Positions 1 to 9,802 of a DNA stretch of 64,000 nt are shown here, piece by piece; the first letter of the stretch is position 1; each line of letters starts with the position of its first letter. Origin of the DNA: an uncultured Chloroflexia bacterium. Its GTDB lineage: Bacteria; Chloroflexota; Limnocylindria; Limnocylindrales; CSP1-4. The stretch covers positions 384,001 to 448,000 of the forward strand of contig CAWFXA010000003.1 of assembly GCA_963819655.1 (NCBI GenBank). The letters run 5' to 3'. A model generated the notes under the pieces. That model was given only the letters and a program-made list of their open reading frames with translations, was not told where the DNA came from and searched no databases. The position numbers and the translations under genes were made by a program.

Positions 1-1
1 C

Positions 2-1393
2 GTGCCGGCGGCGATCGAGGCGGGCGCGGCGGGTGTGATCGTCGAGCGGCCGCTGGCCGGGGTCGCCGCCGCGCAGATCGTCGTGGCCGCCGCGCGACCC
101 GCGTTGGCCAGTGCCGCCGCGTGGTGGTACGGCGATCCGTCGCACGAGCTCACGGTGGTCGGCATCACCGGCACCGACGGCAAGACGACGACGGCCTATC
201 TCGCCGTTGCGGCCCTGGAGGCCGCCGGGCTCCCGACCGGCATGATCGGCACGATCGCGACGCGCGTCGGAGGGCGGACCGAGGACCATGCCGTCCACGC
301 CACCACCCCCGAAGCGCCGGATTTGCAGGCCACCCTGCGCGCGATGGCCGATGCCGGCGATCGCGTCGCGGTCGTGGAGACGACGTCGCACGGGCTCACG
401 CTCGAGCGGGTGGCGAGCGTCGCCTACGACGTGGCCATCCTCACCAACGTGACCCACGAGCATCTCGAGCTGCACGGCTCGTGGGAGGCCTACCGCGACG
501 CCAAGCTGTCGCTGTTCGAGCGGTTGCGCGCTCCGCGCGGCGTGGTCAAGCCCCATCCCATCGCCGCCACGGCGATCGTCAATCTGGACGATCCGTCGGC
601 CGGTCTGTTCGTGGGGACCGCTCGAGGTGCCGGCGCCACCGTGATCACGTACGGCACGGAGCCCGCCGCGGACGTCCGGGCGACACGCGTCGCCGAGGAC
701 TCGGGGGGTCTGCACGCGGACGTGGCGGCACCGTCGGGCGAGGCGACGCTCGACCTCCGCCTCGCGGGTCGGTTCAACGTCCACAACGCTCTTGCGGTGG
801 TGGCACTCGGCGAGGCGCTGGAGCTGGACCCGGAACCGGTCCGGGCGGGCATGGCCGCGCTGGAGGTCGTGCCGGGGCGGATGGAGCGCATCGACGCCGG
901 GCAGCCGTTCGGTGTCGTGGTGGACTTCGCGCACAGCCCGGCGTCGCTTGCGACCGTGCTCGACCTCCTCGCGCCGGCCGCGGCCGCGCGCGGCGGGGGC
1001 CTGATCGCGGTGTTCGGCTCTGCAGGAGAGCGCGATACGGCAAAGCGGCCGCAGATGGGCCGCATCGCTGCGGAACGCGCCCGCCTGGTGGTGGTGACCG
1101 ACGAGGACCCGCGCGGCGAGGACCGCGATGCCATCCTCGAGGAGATCGCGCGGGGCGCCGAGGCTGCGGGTCGACGGCGGGGCCAGGACCTCCTGCTGAT
1201 CGCCGATCGGCGCGAGGCGATCGCCGCCGCATTCGAGGCCGCCCGGCCCGGCGACATCGTCCTGCTCGCCGGCAAGGGCCACGAGCGGTCGATCATCGGC
1301 CGCGACGGGGAACAGCCGTGGGACGAGCGCACGGTCGCCGAGGAACTGCTCCACGCGATGGGTCACGCCGGTTCCGGAGCCGCCCCCGCCTGA
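2..1393 (+). CDS. murE: UDP-MurNAc-tripeptide synthetase MurE (5' truncated by window edge)
   Basis: Mur ligase P-loop GITGTDGKTTT, TTPEA, ETTSHGL, TNVTHEHLELH, VPGRME, DFAH, AGKGHE motifs. Confidence 0.95.
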   Translation: MPAAIEAGAAGVIVERPLAGVAAAQIVVAAARPALASAAAWWYGDPSHELTVVGITGTDGKTTTAYLAVAALEAAGLPTGMIGTIATRVGGRTEDHAVHATTPEAPDLQATLRAMADAGDRVAVVETTSHGLTLERVASVAYDVAILTNVTHEHLELHGSWEAYRDAKLSLFERLRAPRGVVKPHPIAATAIVNLDDPSAGLFVGTARGAGATVITYGTEPAADVRATRVAEDSGGLHADVAAPSGEATLDLRLAGRFNVHNALAVVALGEALELDPEPVRAGMAALEVVPGRMERIDAGQPFGVVVDFAHSPASLATVLDLLAPAAAARGGGLIAVFGSAGERDTAKRPQMGRIAAERARLVVVTDEDPRGEDRDAILEEIARGAEAAGRRRGQDLLLIADRREAIAAAFEAARPGDIVLLAGKGHERSIIGRDGEQPWDERTVAEELLHAMGHAGSGAAPA

Positions 1394-1425
1394 GCGACGG
1401 AGCCCCGCTGCTATCCTTGCGGCCC

Positions 1426-3777
1426 ATGGCGACGCCCCGCACGAAGACTTCGACGACCACATCCGCGACTCCCGCCGCGAGCGCGGAACGCGCCGCCGCG
1501 CCCGCACGCCATGCCGCGTCGGCCGCATCCGTCGCACCCACTGCGCCCGCCAAGAAGGCGGCGAAGACCCCGGCCCGCCGCGGCCCCCGGCGCACGCCGG
1601 CGATCCGCCCCGGCGGACCCGGCGAGATCGATCTCGAGGTGCTGCGCTCCGCGCTCAAGGCGACGATCGCCGAGCACCACCCCACGGCCGACCTGTCCGG
1701 CGTCGACCGGGCGTTCGACCTCGCGGTCGATGCGCACAAGGGCCAGCCACGGGCCACCGGTGAACCGTACGTGACCCACCCGATCGCGTCGGCTCAGATC
1801 GTGGCCGACCTCGGCATCGATCCGGTCGCGGTCGAGGCCGCGCTGCTGCACGACGTCCCCGAGGACACCGAGTACAGCCTGACCGACATCGAGGAGCAGT
1901 TCGGCGCGGAGGTGGCCCACCTCGTCGACGGCGTGACGAAGCTGTCCCGCTTGTCGACCCACAGCCACGAGCAGCAGCAGGCGGAGAACATCCGCAAGAT
2001 GCTGCTGGCGATGGCGGAGGACATCCGGGTCGTCCTCATCAAGCTGGCCGACCGGCTGCACAACATGCGCACGCTGTACGGCCTCCCGTCGGAGAAGCAA
2101 TTCCGTATCGCGCGCCAGACCATGGAGATCTACGCGCCGCTCGCCGAGCGCCTCGGAATCTGGCAGATCAAGTGGGAGCTCGAGGATCTCGCGTTCAAGG
2201 TGCTCGAACCCGAGCGCTTCCGGGAGTTGGCGAAGCTGCTGGACACCCGCCGCAAGGGCCGCGAGTCGTACATCGACCGCGCCATCGCCGAGCTCAAGCC
2301 GCGGCTCGAAGCTTCCGGCATCGACGCCGACCTGCAGGGCCGCCCGAAACACATCTACAGCATCTGGAAGAAGATGCAGCGCAAGGGCGCGGAGTTCGGC
2401 GAGATCTACGACGTCTACGCCATCCGCGTCCTCGTCGACGACGTCCGCGACTGCTACGCGGCGCTCGGCATCGTGCACAGCCTGTGGCGGCCGATCCCGG
2501 GCCAGTTCGACGACTACATCGCGGTCCCCAAGAACAACCTCTACCAGTCGCTCCATACCGCGGTCATCGCGCTCGACGGCAAGCCGCTCGAGATCCAGAT
2601 CCGGACCACCCAGATGCACCAGATCTCCGAGGTCGGGATCGCCGCGCACTGGCGCTACAAGGAAGGCACCAAGTCCGACCGCGAGTACGACGCCAAGCTC
2701 GCCTGGCTGCGCCAGCTCATGGATTGGCAGCGCGAGGTGTCAGAGTCGGACGCGACGGAGTTCGTCGAGGGCATCAAGCTCGACATCTTCCAGGACCAGG
2801 TCTTCGTGTTCACGCCGAAGGGCGACATCAAGGACCTGCCGGCCGGAGCGACGCCGCTCGACTTCGCGTACCGCATCCACACCGACGTCGGTCACCGGAC
2901 CATCGGCGCGAAGATCAACAACCGGCTCGTCCCGCTCGACTATCGACTCAAGAACGGCGACATCGTCGAGATCGTCACGACCAAGGGCGAGCACGGCCCG
3001 TCGCGCGACTGGCTGAACGTCGTGCGGACCTCGCATGCGCGCGAGAAGATCCGCCAATGGTTCAAGCGCAAGGATCGCGACGAGAACATCGTCCACGGCA
3101 AGGAATCGCTGGAGCGCGAGCTCCGGCGTCTGGCGCGGACGACGATCGCTGCGGTCGGGCACGACAAGATCGGCGAGGTGGCGCGCCAGCTCAATTACGA
3201 CACCCCCGACGACTTCTACGCCGCGATCGGCTACGGGGCGGTCGGTCCCCAGACGGTCGTCATGCGCCTCGGTGTCGTCGACGACGGCCAGAGCCAGCTC
3301 CCGACGGTCGCCCCGCCGCAGCACGTCGCCCGTGCCGGCGGCGTGCGGGTCAAGGGTGTCGGCGACCTGCTCGTCCGCTTCGCGAAGTGCTGCCATCCGA
3401 TCCCGGGTGACCCGATCGTCGGCTTCATCACGCGCGGCAAGGGTGTCACCGTCCATCTGCGGTCCTGTCCGACGGTGGCCAACGAGCGTGAGATCAGCCG
3501 GCTGATCGAGGTCGAGTGGGAGGCCGCTCCGACCCAGACCTACCCGATCGCGATCCGCGTCGAGGCGTACGACAGAACGGGCCTCCTCAACGACATCACC
3601 CAGGTCGTCGCCGAGAACAAGGTCAACATCGTGGCCGCCTCGGTCGGCGTCACACCGGACCACACTGCCGTCGTCACGGCCACTCTCCAGGTCGCCTCTG
3701 TGTCGCAGCTCGCCCGGGTGATGGGCCGGATCGAGAACCTCAAGGACGTCATCAGCGTGCAGCGCGACCTGGGGTAG
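1426..3777 (+). CDS. relA: Bifunctional (p)ppGpp synthetase/hydrolase RelA/SpoT
   Basis: HD hydrolase (GEPYVTHP, LLHDVPED, KLADRLHNMRT), synthetase (GRPKHIYSI, YQSLHT, EIQIRT), TGS, CC and ACT domains; ATG 1426 lies 8 nt after TATCCT. Confidence 0.96.
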   Translation: MATPRTKTSTTTSATPAASAERAAAPARHAASAASVAPTAPAKKAAKTPARRGPRRTPAIRPGGPGEIDLEVLRSALKATIAEHHPTADLSGVDRAFDLAVDAHKGQPRATGEPYVTHPIASAQIVADLGIDPVAVEAALLHDVPEDTEYSLTDIEEQFGAEVAHLVDGVTKLSRLSTHSHEQQQAENIRKMLLAMAEDIRVVLIKLADRLHNMRTLYGLPSEKQFRIARQTMEIYAPLAERLGIWQIKWELEDLAFKVLEPERFRELAKLLDTRRKGRESYIDRAIAELKPRLEASGIDADLQGRPKHIYSIWKKMQRKGAEFGEIYDVYAIRVLVDDVRDCYAALGIVHSLWRPIPGQFDDYIAVPKNNLYQSLHTAVIALDGKPLEIQIRTTQMHQISEVGIAAHWRYKEGTKSDREYDAKLAWLRQLMDWQREVSESDATEFVEGIKLDIFQDQVFVFTPKGDIKDLPAGATPLDFAYRIHTDVGHRTIGAKINNRLVPLDYRLKNGDIVEIVTTKGEHGPSRDWLNVVRTSHAREKIRQWFKRKDRDENIVHGKESLERELRRLARTTIAAVGHDKIGEVARQLNYDTPDDFYAAIGYGAVGPQTVVMRLGVVDDGQSQLPTVAPPQHVARAGGVRVKGVGDLLVRFAKCCHPIPGDPIVGFITRGKGVTVHLRSCPTVANEREISRLIEVEWEAAPTQTYPIAIRVEAYDRTGLLNDITQVVAENKVNIVAASVGVTPDHTAVVTATLQVASVSQLARVMGRIENLKDVISVQRDLG

Positions 3778-3860
3778 TCCCCAGGCGGAACGAGGAGGTC
3801 GGGAGGGATGACCGACATCTCCACGGCGATCCACACCCGGACCCAAGCTGACCGACGGTC

Positions 3861-4664
3861 GTGAACGCGCGGCGTCTCTGGGGGATCGCTATCGCCGTGG
3901 GTCTCCTCATTCTGGTGGCAGCCGGGACGTGGGCGTGCCTGTACGCCTCAGTCGACCAAGCGAGCGCATCGACGTCGGTCGTCGTGGCCATTGGGGCCGC
4001 CGTGCTGGTGGTCGTGGGGATCCGTGCCCGAGGGCAGGGGCGTGCCGCGGTCGCGAAGGTTCGGCAGGTGATCGGCGCCCTCGGACTGTTCCTGACGCCG
4101 GTGTTCGCCGCGATGACCGTATTCGCCCTGGCCGATCCGCCCATGATCTTTCGCTTCCTCTTGCTTACCGTCCTGGCCCTGCTTGCTTGGATGCAGGGGA
4201 TCGCCGCCCAGTCCGGATTGTCGTTTCGAGTCCTGATCCAGTGGTTCGCCACGCTTGCCGTCGTCGGCGCCCTCGCCATCGTCGTTGGCGGCTTCGTCGC
4301 CGTGATGCTCGTTGGCGTGCTCGGCACGATCGGTTTGGACGCCGACCAGGGAACGAGGGTCGCGTTCGGCATGGTCGTGGCGTCGATGGCGGCCTTCCTT
4401 TTCGTGTGGGCCAGGGGTCGGCGCGACCGCCAGACGCTGGGTCGGGCCGTCGTTCGTGCCGCATTCGGCCGTGCGCGGACCGGAGACATCGCACTCCTTG
4501 GCGCAGGACCCGGGCCGATCCTTCGGGGCCTCGCGATGCAGGAAGACGAACGTGCGGAACTCGATGCTCGACGTGCGGCCTGGGATGCGCGACTCGCGGT
4601 GAGCGATGCCAAGTTGGCCGATCCAGTCGCGGGCGATCGCGATACGCCGGCGGGTGACCGGTAG
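3861..4664 (+). CDS. Hypothetical multi-pass membrane protein
   Basis: 267-aa ORF with about 6 hydrophobic segments filling the relA-hisS gap; no family recognised. Confidence 0.6.
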   Translation: MNARRLWGIAIAVGLLILVAAGTWACLYASVDQASASTSVVVAIGAAVLVVVGIRARGQGRAAVAKVRQVIGALGLFLTPVFAAMTVFALADPPMIFRFLLLTVLALLAWMQGIAAQSGLSFRVLIQWFATLAVVGALAIVVGGFVAVMLVGVLGTIGLDADQGTRVAFGMVVASMAAFLFVWARGRRDRQTLGRAVVRAAFGRARTGDIALLGAGPGPILRGLAMQEDERAELDARRAAWDARLAVSDAKLADPVAGDRDTPAGDR

Positions 4665-4674
4665 ACTCCGCCCG

Positions 4675-5967
4675 ATGCCCACCTTCCGCGCTGCCCGCGG
4701 CACGCGCGACCTCCTGCCCGACGAGACCCCGACGTGGACGCGGATCGAGCGCCTGGCCGCCGACCTTGCGAGCCGCTACGGCTACAGGCGCATCGAGACG
4801 CCGATGCTCGAGCAGGTCGCGCTCTTCGAGCGCGGCGTCGGGGAGGTCACCGACATCATCGAGAAGGAGCTCTTCCGGATCGTACCCCGCAGCGACGAAG
4901 CCGAGGCCTGGGCCCTCCGACCCGAACCGACCGCCGGCATCGTCCGGGCGTACGTCCAGCACGGGATGCAGACCTGGCCGCAGCCGGTCAAGGTCTACGA
5001 GATCGGGCCGATGTTCCGCTACGACCGGCCGCAGGCGGGGCGCTACCGGCAGTTCTGGCAGTTCGATATCGAGGCGATCGGCGACCCCGGCCCGGCTGTC
5101 GACGCCGAGATCATCGAGCTCGGTCTGCGCTTCTACGCCGACGCGGGGGTGGCGGGTGTGGAGGTTCTGCTCAACTCCATCGGCGACAGCGCCTGCCGGC
5201 CGGCATACATCGAGGCGCTGACCGCCTACTACCGGACCCGGGCCGCGGAGCTGCCGGCGCTCGAGCGGGGTCGCCTCGAGCGGAACGTCCTGCGGCTACT
5301 CGACTCGAGAGACCCGGCGATGGCCGCCATCAACGCCGATGCCCCGCGGCTCATCGATCGGCTGTGCGACGCGTGCGCTGCGCATTTCGCTGCCGTCCGT
5401 GCGCACCTCGACGCGATCGGGGTGACCTACCGCCTGGAGCCCGGGCTCGTGCGAGGGCTCGATTACTACACGCGCACGGCGTTCGAGTTCTACGTGCGCG
5501 GTCGCGAAGGCCAGCAGCAGGCGCTCGGCGGGGGCGGCCGCTACGACGGCCTCGTCGAGCTGCTCGGCGGTCGACCGACGCCGGGCATCGGGTTCGGGAT
5601 CGGGCTCGACCGTCTCATCCTCGCGCTCGCCGAGGGGGGAGCCGAGGTGACATCGGCCAGGGACGATGCACCTGCAGCGGTCGTCGTCGGGGCCGACCCG
5701 GAGGCGACCGCGGAACGCCTAAGGATCGCCACGACACTGCGCGCTGCCGGCGTCGCGGCTCGCGCGGAGCTCGGGCATAGGAAGCTCGGGAAGCAGCTCG
5801 AGGCGGCCGCCCGCGACCAGGCCCACTTCGCGATCATCGTCGGCGACGAGCTCGCGAACGGAGAGGTCCAGGTGAAGGACCTGCCGGCCGGGACGCAGAA
5901 GCTCGTCGGCGTCGACGATCTCGCTCGCGAAGTCGCCCGCGCGCACGCCGCCCACCGGCACGGATAG
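4675..5967 (+). CDS. hisS: Histidine--tRNA ligase
   Basis: RGTRD, LRPEPTA, FRYDRPQAGRYRQFWQ, LVRGLDYY, GGGRYDGL motifs. Confidence 0.97.
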   Translation: MPTFRAARGTRDLLPDETPTWTRIERLAADLASRYGYRRIETPMLEQVALFERGVGEVTDIIEKELFRIVPRSDEAEAWALRPEPTAGIVRAYVQHGMQTWPQPVKVYEIGPMFRYDRPQAGRYRQFWQFDIEAIGDPGPAVDAEIIELGLRFYADAGVAGVEVLLNSIGDSACRPAYIEALTAYYRTRAAELPALERGRLERNVLRLLDSRDPAMAAINADAPRLIDRLCDACAAHFAAVRAHLDAIGVTYRLEPGLVRGLDYYTRTAFEFYVRGREGQQQALGGGGRYDGLVELLGGRPTPGIGFGIGLDRLILALAEGGAEVTSARDDAPAAVVVGADPEATAERLRIATTLRAAGVAARAELGHRKLGKQLEAAARDQAHFAIIVGDELANGEVQVKDLPAGTQKLVGVDDLAREVARAHAAHRHG

Positions 5968-5971
5968 GCGC

Positions 5972-6250
5972 GTGGCCGATACGCTCGGGGTCGCCGCCGC
6001 GGGGTGGGGACTCCTGATGGCGATCTCCCCGATACTCCAGATCCACCGCATGGTCGAACGTCGTTCGTCGGCCGATGTCTCGATCGCCTACCTAGCCGTG
6101 TTGCAGTTCGGCTTCGTGCTGTGGATCGGCTATGGCATCGCCCTCGGGAACCCGGTGATCGCGATCCCCAACACGGTCGCTGCGCTCGTCGGTGCCGTGA
6201 CGATGATCGTCGCGTGGTTCCTGCGCCACGGGCCGCGCCCGGCAGGCTGA
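5972..6250 (+). CDS. SemiSWEET/PQ-loop-like small transporter
   Basis: 92 aa, 3 TM helices, SPILQI...SSADVS...LWIGYG...N pattern. Confidence 0.75.
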   Translation: MADTLGVAAAGWGLLMAISPILQIHRMVERRSSADVSIAYLAVLQFGFVLWIGYGIALGNPVIAIPNTVAALVGAVTMIVAWFLRHGPRPAG

Positions 6251-6347
6251 TCATGCCCAGAGCGCGCGGCCAGGACTGAGGCCCGATCGCCCGCCGGAGG
6301 CCCATCCGCCTTCCTCGGCGTGACGGTTCCCGTACGATACGCCGGCC

Positions 6348-8222
6348 ATGACCGACGTCCGCCCTAGCCTCGCCACGCCCTATCGGACGCACACCGCGGG
6401 GCAGTTGCGAGGATCGGACGCGGGCACCCAAGCTCGTCTCGCCGGTTGGGTGCATCGGCGTCGGGACCACGGTCAGCTGATCTTCCTGGACGTGCGCGAC
6501 CGCCGCGGGATCACCCAGGTCGTCATCGACAAGACCAATTCTCCAGAGGCGCACGCGATCGCGAGCCGTGTCCGGATCGAGTTCGTCGTGACCGTCGCCG
6601 GGGAGGTCGCCAGGCGACTTCCGGGCACGGAGAACCAGCGGATGCCGACGGGCGAGATCGAGCTCCGCGCCACCGATATCGAGATCCTGTCCGAGGCGAA
6701 GACGCCGCCCTTCTACATCAACGAGCCCGACAAGCCCGTCGACGAGAGCGTGCGGCTCAAGTACCGCTACCTCGACATCCGTCGCCAGCCGATGATCGAC
6801 CGGCTGCTGCTCCGCAGCCGGATGGTCCAGGCGATCCGGCAGGTGCATCACGCGTACGATTTCGTCGAAGTCGAAACGCCCACGCTGATCAAATCGACCC
6901 CGGAGGGCGCGCGCGACTTCATCGTCCCGTCGCGGCTCCAGCCAGGTAGCGTTTACGCGCTCCCGCAGAGTCCGCAGCAGCTCAAGCAGCTGCTGATGGT
7001 CGCCGGCGTCGACCGCTATTTCCAGATCGCTCGCTGCTACCGCGACGAGGACCTGCGCGGCGACCGCCAGCCGGAGTTCACGCAGCTCGACCTCGAGATG
7101 AGCTTCATCGACGAGGCGACCGTGATGGCCTTCGTCGAATCGATGGCGATCGAGGTTTCGGGGGCGACGACGCCCGACCGTCCGATCGCGTCCGACCCGT
7201 TCCCGCGCTTCACCTACGACGAGGCGTTGGAGCGGTTCGGCTCCGACAAGCCGGACGTCCGATTCGGGATGGAGCTCGTCGACATCGCCCCCGCCCTCCT
7301 CGGTGAGGGCGGCCAGCCTGCATCCGGCTTCCGCGTGTTCGACGAGGCGCTGGCCGCCGGTGGACGCGTCAAGGCGATCGTCGCGCCCGGGCAGGCGACC
7401 ATCACGCGTCGGGAGATCGACGGACTCACCGAGCTCGCGAAGCGGTTCGGCGCGAAGGGCCTGGCCCACCTCGCTTTGGAAGATGGCGAGGTCAGGGGTC
7501 CCATCGCCAAGTTCCTGCCGGACGATGTCCAGCGGGCGATCGTCGAGCGTACCGCCGCCGCCGAGGGTGATCTGATCCTGATCGTCGCCGATACGCCCGC
7601 CGTGACCGCCGAGGCCCTCGGCCGTCTCCGGGTCGAGCTCGGCGACCGGCTGCAACTCGCGGACCCGACGGTCCTCGCGTATGCCTGGGTGCACCGTTTC
7701 CCGATGTACCAGTGGGATGCCGAGAACGGCCGCTGGGACGCCACCCACAACCCGTTCAGCGGCGTCTTGCCCGAGGACGAGGAGCTGCTCGTCACGGCCT
7801 CAGGCGATCCAGCCAGGCCGTCGCCGGATGATCCCGCCGGTCGGGCGAGGGCGATGCAGTACGACCTCGTGCTCAACGGGTGGGAGCTGGGCGGCGGCTC
7901 CGTGCGCATCCATCGTCGCGACCTGCTGGAACGCAGCTTCCTGCTGCAGGGCCAGACGATCGACGGTATGCGCGAGAAGTTCGGGGCGATCCTCGACGCG
8001 TTCGAGTACGGCGCGCCGCCGCACGGCGGCATCGCCCTTGGCATCGACCGCTGGGCGGCGCTGTTCGCGAGCCAGACCAACATCCGCGAGGTGATGGCTT
8101 TCCCCAAGACCCAGTCGGGGAGTGACCCGATGCTCGACGCTCCCTCGCCGCCGGACCCGGAGCAATACGAGGAGCTCGGCCTGCGATTCGTCGGGCAGCC
8201 GTCGAAGGCGCCGCCCGGGTGA
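6348..8222 (+). CDS. aspS: Aspartate--tRNA ligase (probably non-discriminating Asp/Asn)
   Basis: YRTHT, GWVHRRRDHG, STPEGARDF, LPQSPQ, RDEDLRGDRQPEFTQLD, GAPPHGG motifs. Confidence 0.97.
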   Translation: MTDVRPSLATPYRTHTAGQLRGSDAGTQARLAGWVHRRRDHGQLIFLDVRDRRGITQVVIDKTNSPEAHAIASRVRIEFVVTVAGEVARRLPGTENQRMPTGEIELRATDIEILSEAKTPPFYINEPDKPVDESVRLKYRYLDIRRQPMIDRLLLRSRMVQAIRQVHHAYDFVEVETPTLIKSTPEGARDFIVPSRLQPGSVYALPQSPQQLKQLLMVAGVDRYFQIARCYRDEDLRGDRQPEFTQLDLEMSFIDEATVMAFVESMAIEVSGATTPDRPIASDPFPRFTYDEALERFGSDKPDVRFGMELVDIAPALLGEGGQPASGFRVFDEALAAGGRVKAIVAPGQATITRREIDGLTELAKRFGAKGLAHLALEDGEVRGPIAKFLPDDVQRAIVERTAAAEGDLILIVADTPAVTAEALGRLRVELGDRLQLADPTVLAYAWVHRFPMYQWDAENGRWDATHNPFSGVLPEDEELLVTASGDPARPSPDDPAGRARAMQYDLVLNGWELGGGSVRIHRRDLLERSFLLQGQTIDGMREKFGAILDAFEYGAPPHGGIALGIDRWAALFASQTNIREVMAFPKTQSGSDPMLDAPSPPDPEQYEELGLRFVGQPSKAPPG

Positions 8223-9202
8223 CCGGCCGGGACCAGGCGCTGACGACCGCCCCAGGTCTCGGCATCCCACCGCTCGACGCGATGGCCGCGCGACCGCGCC
8301 TGGCGGCCCTGGCCGGCGCGCTGTGCATCGCGTTCTCCGGGATCTTCTACAGCTTTGCAGAGGTGTCGCCGTCGACCGGGACGGTCTTCCGGGCATTGTT
8401 CGGGCTGCCGCTGCTCGTCATCGTCGCGATCGCTGAGCAGCGGCGCTACGGCCCGCTGCCGATGCGCTCGATACGGCTCGCGGCCGTGGCCGGCGTGTTC
8501 TTCGCTGGGGACCTCACTTTCTGGCACCACGCGATCGAGTACGTCGGCGCCGGGCTTGCGACGGTGCTCGGCAACCTGCAGGTGCTGATCGTCGGCGTCG
8601 TCGCGTGGCTGGTCTTCGGGGAGCGACCGTCGCGCGCGATCCTGCTCGCTGTCCCGATCGTGCTCGTCGGCGTCGTCCTCATCAGCGGGGTCGTCGGTGC
8701 GGGCGCCTACGGTGCAGATCCGGCACTCGGCGTCATCCTGGGCGTCGCGACCGCCCTGTGCTACGCCGGCTATCTGCTGATCATCCGCCTCGGCGGTCGC
8801 GACCCGCGCAGACCGGCGGGTCCGGTGGCGGTCGCGACGCTGAGCACGGCGATCGTCGCGGCGGCGGTCGGGCTGGTCGTCGGCGACCTCGACCTGACAC
8901 CGCCGCTCGCCAGCCTCGCCTGGCTCGCCCTCCTGGGCCTGACGTCGCAGTCACTCGGCTACCTGTTCATCTCGATGTCCCTGCCACGCCTTCCCGCCGT
9001 CGTGACCTCCATCATCCTGCTCGTACAGCCGGTGGTCACGATCGGCCTGGCCGTCGTGCTGCTCAACGAGCATCCGTCGATCGCCCAGCTCGCGGGTGTC
9101 GTCCTGGTCGTCGGTGGGATCGCGGTCGCGACGGTGCCGGTCGCCCGTGTCCGCGACGCACTCCGTGCCGGGAACGGGGAGCCGCTCAGCGCAGCCGACT
9201 AG
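8219..9202 (+). CDS. DMT/EamA family transporter
   Basis: About 10 TM helices in two EamA-like halves (FGERP; LLVQPV..LLNEHP); GTGA overlap with aspS. Confidence 0.85.
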   Translation: MTGRDQALTTAPGLGIPPLDAMAARPRLAALAGALCIAFSGIFYSFAEVSPSTGTVFRALFGLPLLVIVAIAEQRRYGPLPMRSIRLAAVAGVFFAGDLTFWHHAIEYVGAGLATVLGNLQVLIVGVVAWLVFGERPSRAILLAVPIVLVGVVLISGVVGAGAYGADPALGVILGVATALCYAGYLLIIRLGGRDPRRPAGPVAVATLSTAIVAAAVGLVVGDLDLTPPLASLAWLALLGLTSQSLGYLFISMSLPRLPAVVTSIILLVQPVVTIGLAVVLLNEHPSIAQLAGVVLVVGGIAVATVPVARVRDALRAGNGEPLSAAD

Positions 9203-9211
9203 GATGCCGGC

Positions 9212-9799
9212 ATGACCGTCGAGCAAGGGGAGCCGCACCAGGGAGACCCGGCGCAGGCGGACCGCCTGCAGGCCGACGCCGCCCGGCAGCAGGCCGGCGC
9301 CGCCCGGCAGCAGGCCGACGCGGCGAGCCGCCTCGACCAGTACCGCCGCTGGGCGAGGTTCCTGTTCGTCCTGCTTGCGATCGTAGCCGGCGTCGGTTTC
9401 GTGCTTCTCCTCGCCACCGCCCCGCTCGACCTGGATCGACTGCGGGCGTCATGGCCGCTCGTCGTGGTGATCGCGATCAACGTCGTGGCGACGCTCATCG
9501 TCTTGCTGAGCCTCATCCGGGGACTCGGCGATGGCGCGCCATGGGCCCTCCACGCGGTCGCACCCGTGTGCTACGTCCTCATCGCGGCCGGCCTGGTGCG
9601 GTTGCTGCTCTCTCTCGCGGGCGGCGGGCTGCTGATCCCGCTGGAGGCGCTCGCGGCCCTCCTGGTGCTGAGCCGTCCGCACGGCCCCGAGCTGCTGCCG
9701 ATCGCGAGCGATGACGACCGCCGCCGGGCCCGGCTCATCACCGTCGTGCTGTTCATCGTCTACCTCATCCCGTTGCTCATCGAGCTGGCCGGACGCTAG
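9212..9799 (+). CDS. Hypothetical membrane protein with N-terminal heptad repeat
   Basis: 195-aa ORF, 4-5 TM segments; TAGGAT 6 nt upstream of ATG. Confidence 0.65.
   Translation: MTVEQGEPHQGDPAQADRLQADAARQQAGAARQQADAASRLDQYRRWARFLFVLLAIVAGVGFVLLLATAPLDLDRLRASWPLVVVIAINVVATLIVLLSLIRGLGDGAPWALHAVAPVCYVLIAAGLVRLLLSLAGGGLLIPLEALAALLVLSRPHGPELLPIASDDDRRRARLITVVLFIVYLIPLLIELAGR
9268..9321 (+). repeat. 21-bp in-frame tandem repeat (about 2.5 copies; QADAARQ/QAGAARQ)
   Basis: gcaggccg(a/g)cgccgcccggca repeated at 9268, 9289 and 9310 (partial). Confidence 0.85.
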
Positions 9800-9802
9800 C
9801 CG

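Noticed and set aside
121-1425. 1218-aa RelA with a long N-terminal extension
   Set aside because: The upstream part is an Arg-rich shadow frame over murE; the real start is 1426, after a -10 box.
5541-7748. Long antisense ORFs (also 10965..12725, 36511..38457, 57229..59358, 61717..63552 and others)
   Set aside because: Typical stop-poor shadow frames opposite real genes in high-GC DNA; no motifs recognised.
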